This document shows, one piece after another, positions 1 to 12,530 of a stretch of DNA of 64,000 nt. The translations under genes were made by a program, and so were the position numbers. Below the pieces are notes generated by a model that saw nothing but the letters and a program-made list of their open reading frames with translations, was not told the DNA's origin and did not search any database. Origin of the DNA: Hemiscyllium ocellatum (Eukaryota); the NCBI RefSeq assembly GCF_020745735.1, contig NW_026867531.1:186001-250000 (forward strand), given 5' to 3'. Each line of letters opens with the position of its first letter. Positions within the stretch are counted from its first letter, which is position 1.

Positions 1-515
1 TTTCTGACTGATGGTGTCAAAGGACTTTGTAAGGTTGAAGAAGGCCCTACGCAGTCATGCTTAATGTGCCCGTCTGAGTCCGAAAGTCACACTGAAACTG
101 CAGAGAGAGTTCATCAGCCATAAGGAAGAGACAGTTGAAAAGTACCTTGGTGATGAATTGTCCAGTGGTCAACATCACAGACATTGCCCTGAACGTACCA
201 CAGTCTGACATGTTCCATTATTTGAAAATACTCCTGGCTTTGGCATCTGGCAGCTCTCCTGGGATGCTCTCCTCCTTCCAGAGAAGGCAGACAAGGATAT
301 TCAGTTGCACTGGAAGCTCGGTGCCTCCGCAGTTCTAGGCTGGAGGGGGAATACCATTTGCAACTGCAGCCCTGTTCGCGACCTGGAGGACCACTTTCTC
401 TATTTGATCCAAGGTTTAGATATTGCTGAACTCCATGCATGTAACATGCTGTGGCATGCACTCCAAAATTCGCCATGGGCAAAGTACATGACACTGACCT
501 AGCCTTCATAGAGAC
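1..515 (-). mobile_element. RTE-clade LINE reverse transcriptase fragment
   Basis: Minus-strand remnants of LWKEESIPG...AFFNLTKSFDTI (FxDLxKAFD motif region); many stops and frameshifts. Confidence 0.75.
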
Positions 516-519
516 AGCT

Positions 520-2520
520 CCTCAAGTGAGCAGATCGCCGACACATCTGCCAATCAGGTCTCCCTGATTAGACCAGGTGAACAGCCCCAACCTGGAAATA
601 TATATTCAATGAGGTCCACTCATTGACTGCGTCCCAGTCATTACTTCCATCCCCATCTAATTCCTGGGACAAAGGCCCATTCTCTTTCCTGCAACATATC
701 ATGAGTCATTTTCCCACGAGATCCACTTCTTCGGACTCGGGGCTGCATTCCGCCGCCTTGGGCTGGACTGTGGCCCAATTCTTGCATCTCAGAAGAAATG
801 TATCTTCTTCTACAGATGGTAATGGTGTCAATGCTGCAACATCTGCCATGTCCATCTCACTCTCAGAGGATTCTTCCACACTGAGTGGAGGAGGGGGAGA
901 ACCCACAGGTTCAGACAGCCTTGCTGAATGTTGTGAGGGGCTGGGTATGTTGTGCTCCTGACCACGTCTTGAGGTTGCAGCAATCGTGTGATCCTCAAAA
1001 TTGTTCAGGACTTCTAGTGGGACATAAGCATTGTACATCTTGTGACCTGACTTCACTTTGAACACATTCAGGGCCATTCCCACCGATTCAACAGCACATT
1101 TTGTGCCATGAAATAAACTGCCTCCCACAAAGAGGGGTTTTGTGACTGGCATTGGCCTTCCTGATGCCGTGTCACTCTCCCCACAACATCCGAGAAGATC
1201 CGATTTAACTTGGAGGCTTCTTCACATTAGCAATTCTGGTGGCGTTGTCACTGCAGTTGTGTGAGCGGTGTTTCTATAATCAGAGAGAAAGTGGGACAGT
1301 TTGACATCCAGTGAAGTTGTCGGCTGTTTACTTAACTTTGCTCTCAATGTTTGGACTGTACTTTCCACCATACAATCAGACAACACATGCAGTTGTCACT
1401 ACATGCGAATGCCATTCGATTTGAGGTAATACACTAAACTACCTGCTGGCAAATGAATATCCTTTATCTGTGACCGACATCCTTAAAGTACAGATCCAAC
1501 AAAATGGACTGGCACATTCATCATGTAACTGAGCTAAGGTTCTACCTGGTCAGTGCCATGAAAATGAGGCACTGCTGGTGACAATTTCTGTCCTTCTTGG
1601 CATTGTGGATACTGCCCCACCAACATGGCTGCATCGGCATCCAATTCTGGCTATCAGACATAACTTCCCACCAACATCTTCATTTTGGAAATCATAGGAT
1701 GCGTCTGGTGGAGTTTAGCTGGTATCTGACAATGACCTTTGTCTGTAACAAACTCGTTTGCTTCCCACATAAGCGTGCCATCTTCAACAGTCATCTGGTC
1801 TTGCCAGCTCCAGAAAGAATTCCATCCTGGTTATGATGATTGTCATCAGTTTCGAACACCACCAGTGGTTCTTGTTTCGCCAGGACAGGAAATTCTTGTA
1901 TCTACAGTGTGATATTGTCAGAGATGAGCAGAAAGGATGCAGAATGGTTAAAACTAAAATGAAGTCTTCCTTTGGTGGCACGCGCCATGGTGTCCTTGCT
2001 TTATCAGTGTTACCCACTTGTCCATGCAGTAGCTCAATTACATCACTTGGGGTGCCTTGGAACACATTTTCTTCCTTCCTAAGGTCTTAGACAAACATTA
2101 AATGATCTTTATTGATCTTCTAGTGATTAGCAAATCTTCATAGAAATAGGGACCATGGATAGATCTTGTAAACAGTTCTCGGCCATTCACTGGAACGATT
2201 CATTGGCTGATGATATCCCAAAACAAATGCAGTCAAATACAGTGGTTACACCATTTATGGGTATTAACTGTAGCATATTTATGGGAATCCTCATTGAAGC
2301 ATAATGCTACATTCATATGACACATATCCAGCTTTGTAAAGGACAAGGCATCTGCGGTTTTCCAGACAAGTCCTCAATGTGATGAATCAGTTATATACCT
2401 GGCTTCAAAAATTCCCTCATCGATTCTTTAAAATCTCCACATAGGCAAATTGACACATAATGGGTTCGAACAGCACTGCACATAGGGCACGCTGCAGTGG
2501 TTTGGTCATAATGGGTTCTC
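520..2520 (-). mobile_element. Degenerate Gypsy LTR-retrotransposon pol (RT, integrase and tail)
   Basis: Remnants of the RT core (about 2000-2500), integrase zinc finger/PLHxWEWP region (about 1500-1700) and acidic Pro-rich LLRxS tail (ORF 706-1152). Confidence 0.7.
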
Positions 2521-2974
2521 TGTTCGACAACACTCTACAGGCCTTTCCAAATGAGGTCTTGGCTTGTTCCTCGTACCAAAATGCACTATTTTGCGTGTAT
2601 CAAAATTATACTCTGTCTAACACTCCTTACAAACCAGGCACCCTATTTTCTCAACCAAACCCTTTACATAAATGACAAACGGCATTGGACACATCACCAA
2701 TTCATATATTCATCACAAGCCTCCAGTCTGATAACCAACACCCTGTCTGTGCAACACACTCATCCAAATAGGCATAGTACTCTACTCTTCCAAAACAGAA
2801 ACACAAGCTGCTTTCACTTTATAAAACAAAAAAAAGACACTTTTCCTTGAGGGAAAAACAGAAGGAAATAAACAATTAAAACTTGGCTCTCCCTGTGTCC
2901 ACCAACCACTCCTGGGCATGGATCACACAGTGTCAAAATAAAATAAAGTCAAGGTTGTCAAATAAAACAAAGAA

Positions 2975-3070
2975 CAAATGAACAGCTCAAATTCGCGGTC
3001 ATCTTAACACAAAATCTTAGCTTGCTCTCTCTCATGGATTTTGTCTGACCCGCTGTAATCTCCAGCATTT
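2975..3070 (+). repeat. Penelope-type terminal repeat relic (family 2), copy 1 of 4
   Basis: gaacagctc...cttagcttgctctctctcatggat..tgtctgacccgctgtaatctccagcattt; homologous copies at about 3911, 6160 and 11323. Confidence 0.65.
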
Positions 3071-3289
3071 GTTCATTTCAACAAAAATTATGTTAAAAAT
3101 CACCTCTCTCTGCTCTGTCAATATTGAACATTCCTCAGGAGTGTATCTGGGAATGGTTAAAAATCCAGAGGAAGGACACCTGCTCATTTCAACTAAAAAC
3201 AATGTACTACTTACACTGACTACCATCAAGGGTTTCTGGTTAGCGACATTGCAGGACTTCAATACAAGCCACCTTGGTCTAAAAGTGGG

Positions 3290-3870
3290 CAACTTATCTG
3301 AGGTGAGGTCCTGCAGCGAAGTAGATTCAGAGCTGTTTTGTGGTGATGACATCGCCCTACTAGACACTGGTTCGGAGGCAGAATGGGTCAGTGTTGAAAC
3401 CATTTATCTTTAAAATGACTCACACATCGTTCTGGACCAGGTGAGGGATGGTGACAAGTTTCATGATGCAACTAAAGCAGAGAAGAATGCTCCATATATG
3501 CTTCCTGTTTGATGGTGTCAAAGGACTTTGAAAGTTCTAAGAGCATCGTATATAACAGTAAAAATCATGTCCTTTGTTCCCGTCTGGGGCTGAAGAACAC
3601 AGAAATTCCTAAGGTACAGGCAGGAGAGAGTTGACAAGGACCTTTGTGATACGTTTTCCAATGGTCGACATCAGGGAGATTTTGCTGTAGTCAGCACAGT
3701 CTCACACGTTTTCTTGTGAAAACACTCACAACTGTGGCATTTGGGAACTCTCCAGGGATGCTCTCCTCCTTCCAGATAAGGCAGACAAGGGCATACAGCT
3801 GCATTGGGAGCTCAGTGCCCATCCACCTCAATGCCTCAGGGGGAATACCTATTGCACCTGTAGCCTCATA
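3290..3870 (-). mobile_element. RTE LINE RT fragment
   Basis: LTSDKLP motif in ORF 3032-3403 and tgatggtgtcaaaggactttg (KAFDT) at 3510-3530. Confidence 0.7.
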
Positions 3871-3904
3871 AAAAGAAACTCAAGTCAATCAAAGAAAACA
3901 AACA

Positions 3905-4000
3905 ATAAATGAACAGCTCTGATGAGGAGTCATCTCGACTCTATATCCTAGCTTGCTCTCTCTCATGGATGCTGTCTGACCTGCAGTAATTTCCAGCATT
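3905..4000 (+). repeat. Penelope-type terminal repeat relic with degenerate hammerhead core, copy 2
   Basis: CTGATGA (3919-3925) G GAGTC atctc GACTC; the expected GAAAC is lost. Confidence 0.65.
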
Positions 4001-4199
4001 TGGTTTTTTCAAAGAATAAACCCTCTCTGTTATGTCGCTATTGAACACTCCTGGGAAAAGAACAACAATGGGTTGCAATCCAGAGGAAGTACACCTGCTC
4101 ATTTCAACTGAAAATAATTTATCACTCACACTGAACCCCATCAAGTGTTTTTGGGGCAACAACAGTGCAGGACTAAAACAAAAGCCCCCTTGGAGTAAA

Positions 4200-4950
4200 T
4201 GTGGGCAGCTTGTCGGTGGAGTGGTCCTGCAGCAACTTAGGTTCAGGAGTGTTGTGGTGATGACACAGCCCTGCTCGCCACCAGTTCAAAGGGGCAAAGG
4301 GCAGGGGTTGAAGCCATGTCATGATGATGACATCTGTCATTGTGGACCAGGAGAAGGGTGGTGACAAATTTCATGCTGTAACTAAAGTGGTGAAGAACAC
4401 TTCAAAAATGCTTCCTGATTGATGGTGTCAAACGCCTTTGTAAGGTCGAAGAACGCGATATGCAGCAGTGAAAATCATGTCCATTGTGCTCCTCTGTGAC
4501 AGAAAGCGATACTGAGTCTCCGGGAGGAGTTCCTCAGGCACTGGGATGAGAGAGTTGAACAGGAGAGTTATATTTACTGAGGTTCACTGGGTGACTACAT
4601 TCCAATCACTACCTCCATCCTCCTCTAAGCCCTGGGACATGGGCCCATTCTCTTTCCTGTCACTTTCCTGAGTTACTTTCCCACTCGGTCCACTTCCTCG
4701 GACTCTGGCTTGACCAATGGTGCCATGTGCTGTACTGTGGCCCACTTCTTGCGTCTCAGAAAAGATTTATCTTCTTCTGCTGGTGGGTAACGGTGTCAAG
4801 GCTGAGACATCTGCCATCTGTCCATCTCACCTTCAGAAGTTTCTTCCACACTGGGCAGACTGGGAGAACACACAGGTTCGGACAGCCGTGCCAGATGTTC
4901 TGAGGGGCTGGGTATGTTTTGAGACTGGCTCCTTGAGAATTTGCAGCTGT
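4200..4950 (-). mobile_element. RTE RT fragment followed by a Gypsy integrase tail
   Basis: STDKLP motif (ORF 4173-4367), KAFDT-type motif at 4420-4440, integrase-tail homology at 4660-4920. Confidence 0.6.
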
Positions 4951-5084
4951 CATGTTATCTGCACGTTTGTTCAGGACATAGAACAGAGACCATTAGAGCG
5001 CAGCACAGGTCCTTCAACCCTCGATGATGCGATGACTTGTGGAACCAATCTGAAGCCCATCGATCCTGCACAATTTCATTTTCA

Positions 5085-5900
5085 TCCATAGATTATCCAA
5101 TGAACCCATAAAATCCCATAAATTAGGTGAGTCTACAACAGGGAGGGCATTCCACACCCGTACAACTCTCTGAGTAAAGAAACTACCTCTGACAACTGTC
5201 CTGTCTCAATCACTCCTCGATTTAAAGTTGTGTCCCCTCATGTGAGCCATCACCATCCGTTGAAAAAGACTCTCACTCTCCACCCTGAATCCTCTGATTA
5301 CCTCAGATATTTCAATTAAGTCACCTCTCAACCTTCTTCTCTCAAATGAAAACAGCCTCAAGTCCCTCAGCCTTTCTTCAAAAGAACTTCCCTTCATACC
5401 AAACAACATCCTAATAAATCGCCTCTGAACCCTTTCCAAACAACCTGCATCCTTCCTATAATGCAGTGACCAGAAAAGCACACAGTATTCGAAGTGTGGC
5501 CACACCAGAGTTTTCTACAGCTGCAACATGACCTCATGGCTCAGAAGCTCAATACCTCTACCAAGAAAAGCTAACATCGTAAGCTTTCTTGACAGGCCTA
5601 CCAACCTGGATGGGAAATTTCAGGGATCGATGTTCATGGCCACCAAGATATTCTGCCAACCCCTAGGTCTCTCTGTTCGACAACACTCCACAAGCCCTAC
5701 TATGAACTGTGTAAGTCTTGTCCTGTCCCTCTAACCAAAGTGCAACATATTGCATTTATTAAAATTCAACTTGACCTGCCATTCCTCACAAACCATGCAT
5801 CCTATATTCTCATTGAAATCTTTTACATAAATGAAAAATGGCATTGGACCCAGCATCCATTCCTGTATTCACCACAGGCCACCAGCCTGAAAAACATCCC
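5085..5900 (-). mobile_element. CR1 LINE 3' RT fragment
   Basis: ORF 5206-5505 PHFEYCVLFWSLHYRKD...LERVQRRF...LRGDLIE, typical of the CR1 ORF2 C-terminus. Confidence 0.85.
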
Positions 5901-6154
5901 TCACTGCCTGCAACAGACATTCCCAAGATCAGGCACCACACTGCGGCATACACTCTGCTCTTAAAACAGAAACTAAACCTGCTTTCAATTTCTAAAATAA
6001 AACAAAACATACTATTCCTCTGGGCAAAGTCAGAAGGAAATAAACAATCGCAAACTGGCTCTCCCTGGCCTCAGTCCCCACCAAGCACTCGTGGGCAGGG
6101 GCCACAAGGGGCCAATATAAAACTAACCTCAAGCAAATCACAGAAAGCAAACAA

Positions 6155-6255
6155 TAAATGAACAGCTCTGATGAGGAGACATCTCGACACTAAAACTTAG
6201 CTTGCTCCCTCTCATGGATGCTGTCTGACCCACTGTGATCTCCAGCATTTGCTCT
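6155..6255 (+). repeat. Penelope-type terminal repeat relic, copy 3
   Basis: CTGATGA at 6168-6174, then ggagac atctc gacac taaaac ttagc. Confidence 0.65.
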
Positions 6256-6356
6256 TTTCAATGAAATAAAAAATGCTCTCTGATTTGTTGCTATGGAACA
6301 CACTCCTGGGAAAGGAACAATACCTGTTAAAACCCAGAGGTCCTACAACTGCTCAC

Positions 6357-6667
6357 AGACTAGATTACTTACAGCGTAGAAACAGGCCCTTCAGCCCAAC
6401 AAGCCCACACCGACCCTCCAAAGAGCAACCCACCCATAACCATTCCTCGACATTTACCCCCTCAACAAATACGACTGGCAATTTAGAATGGCCAATTCAC
6501 CTAACCTGCACATTTTTGGTCTGTGGGAGGAAACTGGAGCACACAAAGGAAACCCATGCAGGGAGAATGTGCAAACTCCACACAGACAGTTGCCTGAGGC
6601 AGGAATAGAACCCCGGTCTCTGCCGCTGTGAGGCAGCATTGCTAACCACTGTGCCACTGTGCCACCC
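6357..6667 (-). mobile_element. tRNA-derived shark SINE (HE1-like), full length
   Basis: Minus-strand head ggtggcacagtggcacagtggttagcaatgctgcctcacagc...ggggttctattcc (A and B boxes); CR1-type 3' tail gggctgaagggcctgtttc...taatctagtct. Confidence 0.85.
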
Positions 6668-6769
6668 ACTTCAAAGAAAAGTATCTAAACCCTCATACTG
6701 AAGTCCAACAAGAGCTTCTGGGACAGCGAAAATGCAGGACTACAATAAAAACCACCTGGGCTCAAACTG

Positions 6770-7480
6770 GGCAGATTGTCGGCAATGACACCCTGCAGCG
6801 AGGTCGATTCAGAACAGTGTTGAGTTGATGACACAGCCCTGCTCAACTGGGTAGGTGTTGGAGCCGTTTGTCATTACGATTACTTACATACATTTGCGGA
6901 AGTGTCGAAGGATGGTTACAAACTTCAAGCTGCAACTAAGCGGAGAAGAATGTTCCACAAATGCTTCCCAACTGATGGTGTCAAAGGCCTTTATTAGGAT
7001 CAAGAGGAACATATACAGCAGTGAAAACCATGGCCATTGTGCTCGATTATGGTTGACTGACGCTGAGACTCTGGGAGGAGTTCCTCAGCCACAGGAAAGA
7101 GACAGTTGGTGATGAGTTTCCAGTGGTCAACATCTGGGGTGTTCCCCTGTGGTTACAACAGTCTGACATGTTGCCATTTTTGAAAGCACGAATGACTTTG
7201 TCATCTGAGAGCTCTCCTGGGGTGCCCTCCTCCTTCCAGATCATTCAGGCAAGGGAATTCAACTGCACTGGGAGCTCAATACCTCACACATCAATGCCTC
7301 ACGGGAAGGGCCATTTGCAGCTGTCATCTTCTTCATCAGGTGGATGGCCATCTCTGTTCCATCCAAGACATGGTAAAGCTGAGCTCCTTGCGTGTAATAT
7401 GCTGGGCGAAGCAAGTCAACAATGTTCACATGCACACTGCATGATACTTCAGCGAGAGCTGGAAACTCGAGTGAGCAGAA
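6770..7480 (-). mobile_element. RTE LINE RT fragment
   Basis: ORF 7047-7244 IWKEEGTPGELSDDKVIRAFKNGNMSDCCNHRG (RTE WKEESxPG...GNYRG); KAFDT motif at about 6973. Confidence 0.75.
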
Positions 7481-7489
7481 CTCCTAATA

Positions 7490-10380
7490 CATCTGTCTGC
7501 CTGGACTGCCTGATTGGGGCAGTTAACCTGTTCCAGTCTGGGAAATCATTTTCAGTGAGGTCCACCTCACTGACCTCATTTCAATCACTACCTTTCTCCC
7601 CATCGCAGTCCTGAGAAAAAGGCCCATTCTGTTTGCTGTTGCCTCTCCTGGGGCATGCTTACACCAGATTTGGTTCCACGAAGTCTGGCGCAGATACTGC
7701 TGGCATGTACTGGACTGCGGCCTATCTCTTACCCATTGAGCATCTCAGCAGGAATTCATCTTTTTCTGCTGGTGGTAATGGCATCAAGGCTGCGACATCT
7801 GCCATGTCCATCTTGCCCTCAGAGGGTTCTTGGACACTGGGAGGACAGGGAGAACCCACAGTTTCTGGCAGCCTGTTGGATGTTCCGAGTGGCTGGGTAT
7901 GTTTTCTTCCTGCCCCACTTTTGATGTTATAGCTATCAGTTGACACAAATACTGAATCAGGATCACCTCGCTGCCTTGAGAAGTGTACATCATTCGACCA
8001 TGCCTCTTACGCATGCATGGTAATTCCAATTGTTGTAACAGCAAATTTTGTCTCCTGGACTAAACTGCTTCTCTCGTATAGAAATGTCCCTCCGGCCAGC
8101 ATTGGTGTTCCTGACACCTTTTCACACACTCCACAAGGTTGAAGAACATCAGATTTAATCTGGACTGGAGTCTTCTCTGCAATACCAGTGCTTCTGTTCC
8201 GGTATTTGTGTGAGTGCTGGTTCTATAATCAATCACAAATTGGGACACTTGTGTATTGACTAAAGTTGCAGGCTGTATCTTTAAACTTTCTTTCAATGTT
8301 TGGACTGCTCTTTCCCCCAGACTATCAGACAACAGATGCAGCTGTCCTTACATGCTGAATATCATTCCACTTTAGGAAAGACACAAGGCTCCCTCCTGCT
8401 AAATGATGGCCTGCTAGCTGGGACCAGCATGTCCAGTTTCTGTGTATTGTAAAAGATCCTCACAACTTTTCAATTGTCATCCCCACATTTGACAAATGCA
8501 CGAGATGCACATCCAACCACATTGTGTGTACACAATGATTAAATGGATAACCACCATGAAAGCACTGGCACAGGTGACGTGCAACTGAGTCCAGGTGTTA
8601 CCTGACCAGTTCTATGGATGTGGTGCAGCTGCTGGTGGCAATCTTTGTCCTTGTTGGTACCCTAGCCATTGACCCACAAACATGGCTGCATCGGCATCTG
8701 ATCCCGGCCACCAGACAAAACATCTTGTCAACACCTTCATTTTGGAAATCACAGGATGACCCTGGTGGAGTTCAGCCAGTATCTGACAGTGACCTTTGCT
8801 TGGGACAAACACACTTGCTCCCCGTATTACTATGCCATTCTCAATGGACATCTAGTCTCACCAAGTCCAGAAAGGATTCAATTCTGGTTGTGATGCCCCT
8901 TTCATTTCCAACACCACCAGCTGTTTGTGATTCACCAGGAAGGGATCTTTTTGTACCCACAGTCTGATATGGTCAGAGATGATGGGAAGCATGCCCGCAA
9001 TGTTTAAAAACAGAACAGACTTTTTCACTGCTGGCACCCACCATCGTGTATCCACCAGAGGGAGTAGGCTTCACGCAACTGCATTTAACACATGATTGCT
9101 CACACAGGTTTCTGAGGGTTTATGCACTCAGCATCACAGTCCACTGAATCTGACCTGAAGCTTGAGGTGTGACGGCCCTGACATCATCAGGTCTCCCTGG
9201 CAGTAGTTTGTGGTCCATTTATATTTCAAATTGATGTACTCAAAGGTATTGGTGGAACTTTCTCACACAAAGGATTACCACCAAACCTTCCTTCTCTGTC
9301 TGGACATGTCTTCATTTGACATTAGTCAAAGTTTGAGAAACATATACCATGTCTGCCAAGACATCAGTAAGCCAGCAGTCACCTCAAACTGTATTGGGAG
9401 GCATCCCACGACAGCACTACAGCTCACTGGGGACTATTGTGTGCCAACACCATCTACAATACCTGCTTTTTCACTTCCCTGAAGATTACTTCTGGGCGAT
9501 GAGATCATTTGCAATGCTGATCATTTCTGAATAGCAAATCCAAGCTGCCAAGATGGAAGCCAGGACATTACAGAAGCATCCAGAATATTTCACCAAACCA
9601 AGGTAAGATTGAAGCTCTGTTGGGTGCCAGGGCACCCTTGATTGACCTCACTTAATTTTCCAATGTGTTTAACCTGGTCTTGATGATGATATAGCTCAAG
9701 GAGGTCACTTGGGATGCCTTGGAATACACATTTTTCCTCCTAAGACCCTGGTGAACCATTTAATTGCTGCGCACAATCTCTCAAAATTCTCTTCCCGGTT
9801 ATTCGTACATCATTCATGACGACCGTATCCTGGAGTACACTTTGTGAAATGTTCTCCATTGTTCACTGGACAATTTCACAGGCTGATGATATCCCAACAC
9901 AAAAAGCAGTCTCAGATATTGGTAATTGTAGCATATTTATGGGAATCTTCATCAAATCACAATGGCAGTTTCACATGGTTAACATCCAGCTTCATGAAGT
10001 ACAAAGCCAATAAAGTTTTGCATTTAAGTCCTCAATATGATGGATCGGTTATTTATCTGGCTGCAAAATACAGATCACTGTATCATCACTGTTTCATCAA
10101 AATCTCCACAAAGGCAAACTGACCCACAATGGCGATGACCATGACAGTGGATACAGTAAATATAGTGGTTTTATTATTGTTTCACTTTCCAGCCTCATGA
10201 ATGCTGCCTCTACATTTGCACGCACATCAAGTGGTACTGGTTGTGTGGACTCAACAGGCCAAATGGCCGGCTTCCGCATAATAGAGGTTCTATCAAACCT
10301 TAGGTTGCTCTTCGGCAATTCTCCAGATGCCTTACCATTAACTGTGAAAGTCTTGCCTTGTCCATCTAAGCAAAATGGAA
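7490..10380 (-). mobile_element. Largest Gypsy pol relic (RT, RNase H, integrase)
   Basis: ORF 10097-10318 PVPLDVRANVEAAFMRLESETIIKP (RT start); 8612-8851 ILAELHQGHPVISKMKVLTRCFVWWPG (integrase HHCC); 8060-8332 ERAVQTLKESLK...FVIDYRT (integrase core). Confidence 0.85.
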
Positions 10381-10389
10381 CATCTCACA

Positions 10390-10850
10390 TTTATTAAAAC
10401 TAAACTCCGTCTGCCACTCCTCAGCCCATTGGTCCACTTGATCAGGAATCTTTGATCACCTACTTCACTGTCCACTATACAGCAAACTTGGTGACATCTG
10501 CAAAATCACTAAACACAGAGTTACAGAGATGTATTACATGGAAACAGGCTCTTCAGCCCAACTCAATATGCCAACCACATATTCTAAATGTATCCAGTCC
10601 CACTTGCCAGCACTTGGCTCATATCCATCAAAACTCTTTCTATGCGTATTTCCATCCTGATGCCTTTTAAATATTGCATTTGTACCAGCCTCCACCACAT
10701 CCTCTGGCAGCTTGTTTCATACGTGCAACCATGTTTCCTATATTCTCAATGCTACTCCATTTACATAAATGACAAATGGCAATGGACCCAGTGCCAATTC
10801 TTTTATTCGTCACAGGTCTCCAGTTTGATCAACAATCCTCCACTCTTCTA
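10390..10850 (-). mobile_element. CR1 fragments
   Basis: 3' tail acagagttacagagatgtattacatggaaacagg, plus the LGPLxFVIY-type motif at about 10760-10800. Confidence 0.6.
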
Positions 10851-11317
10851 AAACCAAAGATGTAAAAGGAAAGAAACCAAGAACACCTGATATTTCCTGC
10901 ATCAGATAATCCCAAGACAGGCACAGCACCGGGTGAAACGCTCTGCTCTTTCAAGACTAGGTGGGGCCCAATGTTGGAGTGGGGTCGACAAAGCTAAAAA
11001 TCGCTCAACACATTATCATCCACCATGTTCATTTGGAAGAACTACCAGCAGCGTTCCAAAAAAATAGAATTCCCAAACAAACATTTGGATGAACCTGGTG
11101 ATTTTTTTTTAACTCTGCTACTTCAAAACAAGAATTAAAGCAACTATCAGTGTGTCAACCAAAAATGAAGACACTATGACTCTAGGGAACGGCAAAAACA
11201 AACACACACACAAAAATTGGCTCACCGTTGACAATGTCTGCAACAACCAGTTTTAGGCAGTGGCCAAAGGGGGGCCAAAATAAAAATAAACTCAAGCAAA
11301 TATAAGAAAACAAATGA

Positions 11318-11420
11318 TAAATGAACAGCTCTGATGAGGAGTCAGCTAGACTCAAAGTCTTAGCTTGCTCTCTCTGTCATGGATGCTGTCTGACCTGTTG
11401 TGAACTCCAGCATTTATTCA
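11318..11420 (+). repeat. Penelope-type terminal repeat relic, copy 4
   Basis: CTGATGA at 11331-11337, GAGTC agcta GACTC stem, then aaag instead of GAAAC. Confidence 0.65.
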
Positions 11421-11609
11421 ACTGAATAAATGAATCCTCTCTGCGCTGTCATGATTGAACACTCCATGGAAAGGAACAATGATGCATAAAATCGAGAGGA
11501 AGTACAGCTGTACATAACTTACAGCTCACACTGATCCCCATCAAGAGCTTCTGGGACAGCGACAATGTAGGACTACAATTAAAGTCCCCTTGGGTCAACA
11601 GTTGTCAGC

Positions 11610-12330
11610 TTGTCGGCATTGAGATCCTGCAGCAATAGTTTCAGAACAGTGTTCAGGTGATGACTTGGCCCTGTTCGACACTGGTTCAGAGGGGGAAATG
11701 GGCAGGTGTTGACCCTGTTTGCCATTATAATGATTTACACTTTGTTGTGGTTCAGACCAAAGACCGCAACTAAATTGGAGAAGAACACTTCACAAATGCT
11801 TCTCAATTAATTGTGTCAAAGGGCTTTGTAAGCTCCATGAGGGTCCAAGACAGCAGTGAAAAACATGTCCATTGTAACTTTCTGGGGCCAATGCCACACT
11901 GAGACTCCAGAGAGGAGTTCCTCAAAAGCAGGGAGGAGCCACTTGAAAAGGACCTTGTCGATGAGTTTTTCCAATGGTCGACATCAGGGATTTGGCCTTG
12001 CAGTTACCACAGTTTGACATGTTCACTTTGTTGACAAAGCTAATAACTTTGGCATTTGCGAAACCACGCTCCCCCGCCCCAGGATGCTCTCCACCTTTTA
12101 GATAGGGCACACAAGGACATGCAGCTACACTGGGAGCTCAGTGCCTCCACACTTCAATGCTTCAGGGGGAATACCACTTGCACCTGCAGCCTTGTTGTTG
12201 AGCTGGAGTTCTGCCTTTTCATCAAGGCTAGGCGATAACTGAACTCCCTGAGTGCAATATGCCACTGGATGCAATTCAAGAATTTTCACATGCTCAGTAC
12301 ACAACACTGACCTGGCTTTCATAGAGATGA
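11610..12330 (-). mobile_element. RTE LINE RT fragment
   Basis: ORFs 11922-12110 and 12125-12322 (KAAGASGIPPEALKCGG, NCGNCK). Confidence 0.7.
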
Positions 12331-12434
12331 CTCATCGAGCAGGACCCCTGACATATCTGCCAACCAGGACTTCCTGATTGGACAAGGTGACCAGCCATAA
12401 CCATTTTCCCACTAGGTCAACTTCCTCAGACTCT

Positions 12435-12530
12435 AGCTGAAAATGTGTTGCTGGAAAAGCGCAGCAGGTCAGGCAGCATCCAAGGAACAGGAAATTCAAC
12501 GTTTCGGGCATAAGCCCTTCATCAGGAATG
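12435..12530 (-). mobile_element. Penelope-like element terminal repeat (family 1)
   Basis: Minus strand cattcctgatgaagggcttatgcccgaaacgttgaatttcctgttccttggatgctgcctgacctgctgcgcttttccagcaacacattt. Confidence 0.8.
12494..12529 (-). ncRNA. Minimal type I hammerhead ribozyme motif (Penelope-associated)
   Basis: 5'-ATTC CTGATGA A GGGC TTAT GCCC GAAAC GTT GAAT-3': intact core, 4-bp stem I, 4-bp stem II, palindromic AACGTT at stem III. Confidence 0.65.

Noticed and set aside
706-1152. 148-aa ORF as a host gene
   Set aside because: It is the decayed Gypsy integrase C-terminal tail, repeated at 4.7, 7.7 and 14.3 kb.
2926-2965. CACAGTG followed by A-rich sequence (possible RSS); similar cases at about 36018, 43002 and 45480
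   Set aside because: No ACAAAAACC-like nonamer at the correct spacing, and no adjacent V/D/J coding segment.
6590-6667. tRNA gene
   Set aside because: A and B boxes are present but continue into a SINE body and CR1-type tail, so it is a SINE head rather than a tRNA.
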